From contig NC_091288.1 of NCBI RefSeq assembly GCF_032444005.1, positions 224,130,001 to 224,194,000 of the forward strand: a stretch of 64,000 nt of DNA, read 5' to 3'. Both the position numbers and the translations under genes were made by a program. The DNA comes from Ranitomeya imitator (Eukaryota). Positions 37,170-49,112 of the stretch are shown here, in pieces. Positions within the stretch are counted from its first letter, which is position 1. Every line of letters begins with the position of its first letter. The notes beneath the pieces are model-generated. The model had not been told where the DNA came from. It was given only the letters and a program-made list of their open reading frames with translations, and did no database searches.

Positions 37170-40100
37170 GCACCGCTGCCATAGATCGCTCGCTCTTCTC
37201 CATATTTGCAGGTGGCACCGCTGCCATAGATCGCTCGCTCTTCTCTATATCTGCAGGTGGCACCGCTGTCATAGATCGCTCGCTCTTCTCCATATCTGCA
37301 GGTAACACCGCTGCCATAGATCGCTCGCTCTTCTCCATATCTGCAGGTGGCACCGCTGCCATAGATCGCTCGCTCTTCTCTATATCTGCAGGTGGCACCG
37401 CTGCCATAGATCGCTCGCTCTTCCCCATATCTGCAGGTAACACCGCTGTCATAGATCGCTCGCTCTTCTCTATATCTGCAGGTGGCACCGCTGCCATAGA
37501 TCGCTCGCTCTTCCTCATATCTGCAGGTAGCACCGCTGCCATAGATCGCTCGCTCTTCTCCATATCTGCAGGTGGCACCGCTGCCATAGATCGCTCGCTC
37601 TTCTCCATATCTGCAGGTAACACCGCTGCCATAGATCGCTCGCTCTTCTCCATATCTGCAGGTAACACCGCTGCCATAGATCGCTCGCTCTTCTCCATAT
37701 CTGCAGGTGGCACCGCTGCCATAGATCGCTCGCTCTTCTCCATATCTGCAGGTAACACCGCTGCCATAGATCGCTCGCTCTTCCTCATATCTGCAGGTAG
37801 CACCGCTGCCATAGATCGCTCGCTCTTCTCCATATCTGCAGGTAACACCGCTGCCATAGATCGCTCGCTCTTCCCCATATCTGCAGGTGGCACCGCTGTC
37901 ATAGATCGCTCGCTCTTCTCCATATCTGCAGGTCGCACCGCTGCCATAGATCGCTCGCTCTTCTCCATATCTGCAGGTAACACCGCTGCCATAGATCGCT
38001 CGCTCTTCTCCATATCTGCAGGTAACACCGCTGCCATAGATCGCTCGCTCTTCTCCATATCTGCAGGTAACACCGCTGCCATAGATCGCTCGCTCTTCTC
38101 CATATCTGCAGGTGGCACCGCTGCCATAGATCGCTCGCTCTTCTCTATATCTGCAGGTGGCACCGCTGTCATAGATCGCTCGCTCTTCTCCATATCTGCA
38201 GGTAACACCGCTGCCATAGATCGCTCGCTCTTCTCCATATCTGCAGGTGGCACCGCTGCCATAGATCGCTCGCTCTTCTCCATATCAGCAGGTGGCACCG
38301 CTGCCATAGATCGCTTGCTCTTCTCCATATCTGCAGGTCGCACCGCTGCCATAGATCGCTCTCTCTTCCCCATATCTGCAGGTGGCACCGCTGCCATAGA
38401 TCGCTCGCTCTTCTCCATATCTGCAGGTGGCACCGCTGCCATAGATCGCTCGCTCTTCTCCATATCTGCAGGTGGCACCGCTGCCATAGATCGCTCGCTC
38501 TTCTCCATATCTGCAGGTAGCACCGCTGCCATAGATCGCTCGCTCTTCTCCATATTTGCAGGTGGCACCGCTGCCATAGATCGCTCGCTCTTCTCTATAT
38601 CTGCAGGTAGCACCGCTGTCATAGATCGCTCGCTCTTCTCCATATCTGCAGGTAACACCGCTGCCATAGATCGCTCGCTCTTCTCCATATCTGCAGGTGG
38701 CACCGCTGCCATAGATCGCTCGCTCTTCTCTATATCTGCAGGTGGCACCGCTGTCATAGATCGCTCGCTCTTCTCCATATCTGCAGGTAACACCGCTGCC
38801 ATAGATCGCTCGCTCTTCTCCATATCTGCAGGTGGCACCGCTGCCATAGATCGCTCGCTCTTCTCCATATCAGCAGGTGGCACCGCTGCCATAGATCGCT
38901 TGCTCTTCTCCATATCTGCAGGTCGCACCGCTGCCATAGATCGCTCTCTCTTCCCCATATCTGCAGGTGGCACCGCTGCCATAGATCGCTCGCTCTTCTC
39001 CATATCTGCAGGTGGCACCGCTGCCATAGATCGCTCGCTCTTCTCCATATCTGCAGGTGGCACCGCTGCCATAGATCGCTCGCTCTTCTCCATATCTGCA
39101 GGTAGCACCGCTGCCATAGATCGCTCGCTCTTCTCCATATCTGCAGGTAGCACCGCTGCCATAGATCGCTCGCTCTTCCCCATATCTGCAGGTAGCACCG
39201 CTGCCATAGATCGCTCGCTCTTCTCCATATCTGCAGGTAGCACCGCTGCCATAGATCGCTCGCTCTTCTCCATATCTGCAGGTAGCACCGCTGCCATAGA
39301 TCGCTCGCTCTTCCCCATATCTGCAGGTAGCACCGCTGCCATAGATCGCTCGCTCTTCTCCATATCTGCAGGTAACACCGCTGTCATAGATCGCTCGCTC
39401 TTCTCCATATCTGCAGGTGGCACCGCTGCCATAGATCGCTCGCTCTTCTCTATATCTGCAGGTAGCACCGCTGCCATAGATCGCTCGCTCTTCTCCATAT
39501 CTGCAGGTAGCACCGCTGTCATAGATCGCTCGCTCTTCTCCATATCTGCAGGTGGCACCGCTGCCATAGATCGCTCGCTCTTCTCCATATCTGCAGGTGG
39601 CACCGCTGCCATAGATCGCTCGCTCTTCCCCATATTTGCAGGTGGCACCGCTGCCATAGATCGCTCGCTCTTCTCCATATCTGCAGGTGGCACTGCTGCC
39701 ATAGATCGCTCGCTCTTCTCCATATCTGCAGGTGGCACCGCTGCCATAGATCGCTCGCTCTTTTCCATATCTGCAGGTGGCACCGCTGCCATAGATCGCT
39801 CGCTCTTCCCCTTATCTGCAGGTAGCACCGCTGCCATAGATCGCTCGCTCTTCTCCATATCTGCAGGTAGCACCGCTGCCATAGATCGCTCGCTCTTCCC
39901 CATATCTGCAGGTCGCACCGCTGCCATAGATCGCTCGCTCTTCCCCATATCTGCAGGTCGCACCGCTGCCATAGATCGCTCTCTCTTCTCCATATCTGCA
40001 GGTGGCACCGCTGCCATAGATCGCTCGCTCTTCTCTATATCTGCAGGTAGCACCGCTGCCATAGATCGCTCGCTCTTCTCCATATCTGCAGGTAGCACCG

Positions 40101-40709
40101 CTGTCATAGATCGCTCGCTCTTCTCTATATCTGCAGGTAGCACCGCTGTCATAGATCGCTCGCTCTTCTCCATATCTGCAGGTAGCACCGCTGTCATAGA
40201 TCGCTCGCTCTTCTCCATATCTGCAGGTGGCACCGCTGCCATAGATCGCTCGCTCTTCTCCATATTTGCAGGTGGCACCGCTGCCATAGATCGCTCGCTC
40301 TTCTCCATATCTGCAGGTGGCACCGCTGCCATAGATCGCTCGCTCTTCTCCATATTTGCAGGTGGCACCGCTGCCATAGATCGCTCGCTCTTCTCCATAT
40401 TTGCAGGTGGCACCGCTGCCATAGATCGCTCGCTCTTCTCTATATCTGCAGGTAGCACCGCTGCCATAGATCGCTCGCTCTTCTCCATATTTGCAGGTGG
40501 CACCGCTGCCATAGATCGCTCGCTCTTCTCCATATTTGCAGGTGGCACCGCTGCCATAGATCGCTCGCTCTTCTCCATATCTGCAGGTGGCACCGCTGCC
40601 ATAGATCGCTCGCTCTTCTCCATATTTGCAGGTGGCACCGCTGCCATAGATCGCTCGCTCTTCTCCATATCTGCAGGTGGCACCGCTGCCATAGATCGCT
40701 CGCTCTTCT
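37170..40709. repeat. 45-bp minisatellite (GCACCGCTGCCATAGATCGCTCGCTCTTCTCCATATCTGCAGGTG), about 79 units, ending about 215 bp before the CSRP ATG
   Basis: Unit counted directly; 585-bp (13-unit) duplication between 38311 and 38896. Confidence 0.97.
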
Positions 40710-40924
40710 TCAGAGCAGGTGATGGATCGGTTGAAGTGATGGACACTCCTCTTGACAACACTCATTTCCTAGTCTGCAGACCAGCAATGGTTAATCCTGC
40801 TTTCGTGGACACTGCCCATCAGCTCGTTGAGTGGATGAGTGTAAGGAGCGGTGGAGCTTGTGCTCTTGGTGCAGCAGAACTTGTCACATCTTCATCTAGG
40901 GAGCGAGGAGCACCGGTGCCCAGA

Positions 40925-40961
40925 ATGCTGCTCCTGCTGATCGCTGCCATGATGCTGCCCG
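40925..40961 (+). CDS. cusr: CSRP (copper-only SOD repeat protein) exon 1, signal peptide MLLLLIAAMMLP
   Basis: Hydrophobic N-terminus followed by a G|GTGAGT phase-1 donor that joins the TTTCAG| acceptor at 41171 in frame. Confidence 0.8.
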
Positions 40962-41170
40962 GTGAGTGCCCAATGCCAGTCAATGGTCCAGGGGATGAGA
41001 AGAATGAAGCCATAATTAACTTGATGGGTGCGGGGTAATAAATAAGCGTGACCTGTCCACTACGAGGGTGACCAGAATTCAGACCCTGGTGAATGTGTAA
41101 TCCCGGTGTAAACACTTTGTAGTCAGGCCTGGATCACTAATCTTATCGTTTTCCGTCACTTTTTTTTCAG

Positions 41171-43142
41171 GCTCTGAGTCCCAGCGAGATTTAACAGCTC
41201 AAATCAACATGATGGGCATAGCCGGTACCATCTCAATAACCACCGACACCAGGATAGTCCACACCAACCTGACCGGCACATGTGGCTCTGTCCACATTTC
41301 CATCCATGAGTTTCCGGTGGTGTATGGGGCATCGCGTGATCCCTGTGATGAGAAGATCCTTGGTAGCTCTCAATACAATCTCACTATGCCTGGAGCCGGA
41401 CAAATGGTCATAAACAGACAGATGAGATGGGACGGCCGATCGCTGGCTCTGCAATCCTGTGGCCTTAGGACATGTGCCAATCTCCTGGGTGAGTCCCAGC
41501 GCACGTGGCAAGCCAAGCTCCAGTCCTTCATCATCGGCCAGGCAACCTTCCTCCAGTCACTGGCAGACAACAAGATCTTGGCCGTGCTGGATTTGGCCAT
41601 GCTGGAGGAGATTCCTACAGCCAATGCCTCGATGCTGTTCTCCAGTTCGTGCCGTATAGATGCTGCTCATATTTTTGGCAGTGTTAGACTTGGCAGTGGC
41701 CAAGAGTTTATCAAGAGCCGAGTAGAACTGAGTGATGTCACCATGATGCCATTCCTTCTGGTAAAGTATAATGAGCGATGGGTGTGCGCAGAGATAAGGA
41801 ACATGACCCCGAAAGTGTCATCTGCACCTATCAGCATGCTCGGAGTGAATGGGAGCTTTACATTCAGGCAGGAGTCTCCTTTCCACCCAACCCAAGTATC
41901 TGTCAAACTATGGGGCCTCCTCGGGCGCACTTTCCACTACGGAATTCATTCCCTTCCCATACTTCCATGGCAGATACCCAAGCAAGACGTATGCACCACA
42001 GCAAGCACCGGGAATCTCTGGAATCCCTTGGATATCAACAGTCAGTTTACATCTGCTTCAAGTGGTCACAACTCCTGGCCGATGGGTAACTTGAGCGGCC
42101 GTCATGGAACAATTCAAGGTCAAGATAAGGTTATGGATTCTCTAGTTGACCAAAATCTGCCAATGTTCGGAAATCACAGTATCCTTGGCCGCTCCATGGT
42201 TCTATCAGAGATGGGTGGCAAAGCATGTGCCTGTGGCACCATACAACCAGAAGCAGAAACCCTAAGAGCCACAGTGGTCTTTCGGAAAGGAGTGATGGGT
42301 AGAGTCATGTTCCAGCAGGCCTTGAATGATCCTTATGGTGACCTCTCTATCTATGTGGAGCTTTCTCATGGTTCTGACAGTGCCAGTCGGGGTCATAATT
42401 GGCATATTCATAACAATCCTCTCCTCACAGAGTCTGAAATCTGTGCTAACGCTGGGGGGCACTTCAACCCATACAATGTACCTGTCAACCAGGACTACAG
42501 TGACCAGTGCAGATCACAGCACCCTCTGAGGTGTGAGGCGGGAGACTATGCCTCCAAACACCAACCCATCTCCTTCTATACATCCAGTCCAGCCAGATAC
42601 GTTTTTACTGACACATCATCATCACTTGGTGGTTCAAACTCCATCATTGGCCGATCTTTGGTTGTTCATGGAGCAGATGGCACGACAACACGTGTGGCCT
42701 GTGCCAACATCCTCCTTCAGCGCATAAAAGAAGCACGGACGGGCGCCTGGTTTGGTGGCGGCAATGCTCAGGGGGAACTGCAAGCTTCACAAGCCTCTGA
42801 ATTTGACCCAACCTCAGTTCAGATTAGTTTCAGTGGTCTACAGAACCTCGCTGGGGGGTTCCACATCCATCTTCTTCCAGTGAATGGAGCTCTAGACAAT
42901 CCATGTTCAAGCGCTCTAATCAGAGGCCACTTTAATCCATTTAGAATAGACATGTCCACATCTCCACCAGCGGGTGATGGAACAGATGACGAGTATGAGG
43001 TGGGGGATGTCAGTGGTCGTAGGGGGTCTTTACATGACCACGAAAATGTAACCAAACAGTACACAGACATGAACTTCCCGCTGTCTGGGCCACACTCCAT
43101 CCTCGGGCGATCACTGGTGATTCACTACAGCAACGGCTCAAG
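41171..43142 (+). CDS. cusr: CSRP exon 2 (1972 nt), tandem Cu/Zn-SOD-fold repeats
   Basis: SOD motifs HNWHIH...GGHFNP...CEAGD...GRSLVVH...RVACANI and GFHIH...GHFNP...EVGD...GRSLVIH; canonical AG/GT boundaries. Confidence 0.9.
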
Positions 43143-43179
43143 GTGAGTGATGGGGCATGGTGGCGGGTGGTCGTGGGTA

Positions 43180-43625
43180 TATACAGGAGGAGTGGTACTG
43201 TGCAGTGTATATATAAAGGAGGAGTGGTACTGTGCAGTGTATATATACAGGACAGGAGGAGTGGTACTGTGCAGTGATGGACGCGTCTGGAGCAGGAGGA
43301 TGGAGTAGTCTGGAAAGTACAGAGTAGTCTGGAGCAGGAGGATAGAGGAGTCTGAAGAGTACAGAGTAGTCTGGAGCAGGAGGAGTCTGGAGGGTACAGA
43401 GTAGTCTGGAGCAGGAGGATGGAGGGTCTGGAGAGTACAGAGTAGTCTGGAGCAGGAGGATGGACAGTACCGAGTAGTCTGGAGCAGGAGGATGGAGGAG
43501 TCTGGAGAGTACAGAGTAGTCTGGAGCAGGAGGATGGAGGAGTCTGGAGGGTACAGAGTAGTCTGGAGCAGGAGGATGGAGTAGTCTGGAGCAGGAGGAG
43601 TCTGGAGGGTAGAGTAGTCTGGCAG
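43180..43625. repeat. Two short intronic tandem repeats (about 31-bp TACTGTGCAGTG... units, then about 42-bp GAGTAGTCTGGAGCAGGAGGAT... units)
   Basis: Direct reading. Confidence 0.8.
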
Positions 43626-43810
43626 TAGCTTTCTGCTCCCATTCTATCTAAGAACATGCAAACACTGGACGTCAGTGATCTGGTGTCTGGTCTTGTTGTG
43701 ACGACCTCTCACGCTTGGTTCCCCGGCGGGTTGGCAGTAGTCATAGGTTGATATTTCGGCTGTTCTCCTGACCACTGTCATGGAGTGATTCTTGAATCTC
43801 TGTTTTCCAG

Positions 43811-43910
43811 GATGCAATGTTCCAGCTTACTGCAGGAGTTGTCCTCAGATGGGGAATGGGTTCGAGCCTCTGCAGAGTTTTCTGGAAATATTAGTGGGAG
43901 AATCTCCCTG
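43811..43910 (+). CDS. cusr: CSRP exon 3 (R)MQCSSLLQELSSDGEWVRASAEFSGNISGRISL
   Basis: TTTTCCAG| acceptor and |GTGAGA donor; phase 2 to 0 completes SNGS-R-MQC. Confidence 0.82.
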
Positions 43911-43949
43911 GTGAGAGGATTTGTTCTTTTGATTTCCATGTGATTGGAG

Positions 43950-46900
43950 TATAGTGCGCTGTCACTATGGGGACATAGACTATAGTGCGCTGTCACTATG
44001 GGGACATAGACTATACTGTGCTGTCACTATGAGGACATAGACTATACTGTGCTGTCACTATGGAGACATAAACTATACTGTGCTGTCACTATGGAGACAT
44101 AGGCTAAACTGTGCTGTCACTATGAGGACATAGACCATACTGTGCTGTCACTATGGAGACATAGACTATACTGTGCTGTCACTATGGGGACATAGACTAT
44201 ACTGTGCTGTCACTATGGAGACATAGACTATACTGTGCTGTCACTATGAGGACATAGACTATACTGTGCTGTCACTATGGAGACATAGACTATACTGTGC
44301 TGTCACTATGGAGACATAGGCTATACTGTGCTGTCACTATGGGGACATAGGCTATACTGTGCTGTCACTATGGAGACATAGACTATACTGTGCTGTCACT
44401 ATGGAGACATAGACTATACTGTGCTGTCACTATGGGGACATAGACTATACTGTGCTGTCACTATGGAGACATAGACTATACTGTGCTGTCACTATGGAGA
44501 CATAGACTATACTGTGCTGTCACTATGGAGACATAGGCTATACTGTGCTGTCACTATGGGGACATAGACTATACTGTGCTGTCACTATGGGGACAGACTA
44601 CAGTGTGCAGTCACTATGAGGACATAGACTATACTGTGCTGTCACTATGGAGACATGGGCTATACTGTGCTGTCACTATGAGGACATAGACTATACTGTG
44701 CTGTCACTATGGAGACATAGACTATACTGTGCTGTCACTATGGGGACATAGGCTATACTGTGCTGTCACTATGAGGACATAGACTATACTGTGCTGTCAC
44801 TATGGGGACATAGACTACAGTGTGCTGTCACTATGGGGACATAGGCTATACTGTGCTGTCACTATGGGGACATAGACTACAGTGTGCTGTCACTATGGGG
44901 ACATAGACTACAGTGTGCTGTCACTATGAGGACATAGGCTATACTGTGCTGTCACTATGGGGACATAGACTATACTGTGCTGTCACTATGGGGACATAGA
45001 CTATACTGTGCTGTCACTATGGGGACATAGACTATACTGTGCTGTCACTATGGGGACATAGACTATACTGTGCTGTCACTATGAGGACATAGGCTATACT
45101 GTGCTGTCACTATGGAGACATAGACTATACTGTGCTGTCACTATGAGGACATAGACTATACTGTGCTGTCACTATGGAGACATAGACTATACTGTGCTGT
45201 CACTATGGGGACATAGACTATACTGTGCTGTCACTATGAGGACATAGACTATACTGTGCTGTCACTATGGGGACATAGACTACAGTGTGCTGTCACTATG
45301 AGGACATAGACTATACTGTGCTGTCACTATGGGGACATAGACTATACTGTGCTGTCACTATGGGGACATAGACTATACTGTGCTGTCACTATGGGGACAT
45401 AGACTATACTGTGCTGTCACTATGGGGACATAGACTATTTTGTGCAGTCACTATGGGGACATAGACTATACTGTGCTGTCACTATGGGGACATAGACTAT
45501 ACTGTGCTGTCACTATGAGGACATAGACTATACTGTGCTGTCACTATGAGGACATAGACTATACTGTGCTGTCACTATGGGGACATAGACTATACTGTGC
45601 TGTCACTATGGGGACATAGACTATACTGTGCTGTCACTATGGGGACATAGACTATTTTGTGCAGTCACTATGGGGACATAGACTATACTGTGCTGTCACT
45701 ATGGGGACATAGACTATACTGTGCTGTCACTATGAGGACATAGACTATACTGTGCTGTCACTATGGGGACATAGACTATACTGTGCTGTCACTATGGGGA
45801 CATAGACTATTTTGTGCAGTCACTATGGGGACATAGACTATACTGTGCTGTCACTATGGGGACATAGACTATACTGTGCTGTCACTATGGGGACATAGAC
45901 TATACTGTGCTGTCACTATGGGGACATAGACTATTTTGTGCAGTCACTATGGGGACATAGACTATACTGTGCTGTCACTATGAGGACATAGGCTACAGTG
46001 TGCTGTCACTATGGGGACATAGACTATACTGTGCTGTCACTATGGGGACATAGGCTATACTGTGCTGTCACTATGGGGACATAGACTATACTGTGCTGTC
46101 ACTATGGAGACATAGACTATACTGTGCTGTCACTATGGGGACATAGGCTATACTGTGCAGTCACTATGGGGACATAGACTATACTGTGCTGTCACTATGG
46201 GGACATAGACTATTTTGTGCAGTCACTATGGGGACATAGACTATACTGTGCTGTCACTATGGGGACATAGACTATACTGTGCTGTCACTATGGAGACATA
46301 GACTATACTGTGCTGTCACTATGGGGACATAGACTATACTGTGCTGTCACTATGGGGACATAGACTATACTGTGCTGTCACTATGGGGACATAGACTATT
46401 TTGTGCAGTCACTATGGGGACATAGACTATACTGTGCAGTCACTATGGGGACATAGGCTATACTGTGCTGTCACTATGAGGACATAGACTATACTGTGCT
46501 GTCACTATGGGGACATAGACTACAGTGTGCTGTCACTATGAGGACATAGACTATACTGTGCTGTCACTATGAGGACATAGACTATACTGTGCTGTCACTA
46601 TGGGGACATAGGCTATACTGTGCTGTCACTATGGGCACATAGACTATACTGTGCTGTCACTATGGGGACATAGACTATACTGTGCTGTCACTATGGGCAC
46701 ATAGACTATTTTGTGCAGTCACTATGGGGACATAGACTATACTGTGCAGTCACTATGGGGACATAGACTATACTGTGCAGTCACTATGGGGACATAGACT
46801 ATACTGTGCAGTCACTATGGGGACATAGACTATACTGTGCAGTCACTATGGGGACATAGACTATACTGTGCAGTCACTATGGGGACATAGACTATACTGT

Positions 46901-47240
46901 GCAGTCACTATGGGGACATAGACTATACTGTGCTGTCACTATGGAGACATAGACTATTTTGTGCAGTCACTATGGGGACATAGACTATACTGTGCAGTCA
47001 CTATGAGGACATAGACTATACTTTGCTGTCACTATGGGGACATAGACTACAGTGTGCTGTCACTATGGGGACATAGACTATACTGTGCTGTCACTATGGA
47101 GACATAGACTATACTGTGCTGTCACTATGGAGACATAGACTATTTTGTGCAGTCACTATGGGCACATAGACTATTTTGTGCAGTCACTATGGGGACATAG
47201 ACTATACTGTGCAGTCACTATGGGGACATAGACTATACTA
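43950..47240. repeat. 31-bp minisatellite (ACTATACTGTGCTGTCACTATGGGGACATAG), about 106 units, CSRP intron 3
   Basis: Unit counted directly; begins about 40 bp after the exon 3 donor. Confidence 0.97.
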
Positions 47241-47491
47241 CGCAGTTACCTACCACACTGTTACACCTGTGGTGGCGCTATCATACCTAATAGTGTACAG
47301 AGGGGGCAACAGGTCAAATAATCCAGATTGACAGTCGCCCCCTGTATTGCCGGTAGTAAGCAAACACTGGCTCCCCAACAGCGTTCACCCCAGTTTTATG
47401 CAGCGACGTCTCATATCGAAGAGTCTGTACTTTACATGTAGCACAATTGCAGGACTTGTTCCAAAGATATATGGTTTTTGAACTTTCCATT

Positions 47492-48899
47492 TGTCAGGAT
47501 TCCCACCGTGACTGTCACCCCCACGTCACGGATTGAGGTGACTTTAGGCCAACAGATGGCTATCACATGTGCAGGGGGGCTTATCTTAGTTATCCCTCCA
47601 CTCCACAATGTGATGAGAAAACACACACAAGGCTATTGACCTCTTAGTTTACAGCAGGGTCTTATTGTAGGTATCCCACTGCTCTACAATATACCACGAA
47701 CTGCAGGGATTTATGTATATCCCGCTTACAGTTCCACTTAACACTTGCAGCTCTCTGGCGCCCCCTTACTCTCAGGTCAGATGAGGTACTGCACCCTGGG
47801 TAATTAGTCGCCGGAAAGGCTGCCTGCTATGTACTGGCTATTGGGCACGCTGCAGCGACGCGATAACTACTCCCACTCAGGCAGGAACAATAATTATCAA
47901 CGCCGCAGTCGCTACCGCATCACTCAACAGTCAGCACACTCTCGCTGCCACCAGCTTCGATTAAACGGGTCCGAAGCTAACCCAACACAACAATAACAGT
48001 AGTGTAATTCCCTTCAAAAGACTTAGGGTACAGTTTAGGACAGGAAGAACGAATCTAGTATTAAATAATATACCCCATCAAAGGTTTCAGGCAGTGTTTA
48101 TAAACAGTTATATAAAGATGTTGCAATATGAGACAATTGAAAATATGTACAAGGTAATTATAAAAATAACAGGGGTTAAATGAGAAAACACTTACATGTG
48201 TTCAGAGCATTGCAGGCAACCAGGCTAGTTCCATATGTCCCAATGCATTAGGACTCTGGTTAGGAACAGCTCTTCAAGTCAGACTCACATAGGCTCCAGC
48301 AGACAGACTGCATACTGGGGTGCCTAGCAGACTTATAGCTCATCCTGATGACATCACAAAAAGGGCTGGTTTTCCCAGACCCTCCTATCTCTTCAGTGTA
48401 ACTAAATTTAACCTAAATTTGCCTAATGCCTGTAACTCCGCTACAGAACATGTCATAGTCATAACAAACCCAGCATTCATCTCGTATTAACATTGGCATT
48501 CTAATGAGATCAAATATGTCCTATTGGTGATGCATAATTACAGAGAAATCCCTACTTTTTACCTGATGGAGTTAGAAGCTCATGTTTAGAGGGGCGGACC
48601 GATCCACCGATGGACGTTAGCAATATGTATTTCTTAGCCCACGTTGTTGGCCCAATATCTTACAATATTAGAACAAAGGACTTCTTGCATTTACAGAAGG
48701 GAATCAGACCGGTTTTAGCTAGCTCAACTTTCCACTGCAGCTATGCCAGTCGTAAATACCTTTCTTCAATAAAACTCCCCCACATGCATTGACAAGGCAA
48801 GCTCTTGCCTGAGTGAAAGGGAAGGAGGGGGGGGGTTTAGCCCACAGCTTGGGCTAACAAGAGAAACTAAACTTATATATTTCATACAATATCGTGACA
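47492..48899. mobile_element. LTR-like element (1.4 kb) related to 21718-23000
   Basis: TGTCAGGAT...ATCGTGACA terminal IR; shared internal block with the 21.7-kb copy; no TSD. Confidence 0.65.
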
Positions 48900-49112
48900 C
48901 CACCGTATGTGGCACACCCAGCCTGGGTGACCACTCTCCGCACTACTGGGCTTGTAGCCACACAGGCCACCTTCTTGAGACTCTAGGACCGCTTCCACGG
49001 TTCTCTCCATGAGGCTCTGTGCACGGCAGGCCTCGCTCTCACAGCACCACTGGAAGCTCTGTCAGATGTGTTTGATTTATGCAATGCAGGGTAAAGAATC
49101 CAGCACTATAGC

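Noticed and set aside
37153-40761. 1202-aa minus-strand ORF (AAVPPADMEKSERSM)n and the overlapping repeat ORFs
   Set aside because: By-product of a stop-free 45-bp period; no unique domain; antisense to the CSRP promoter region.
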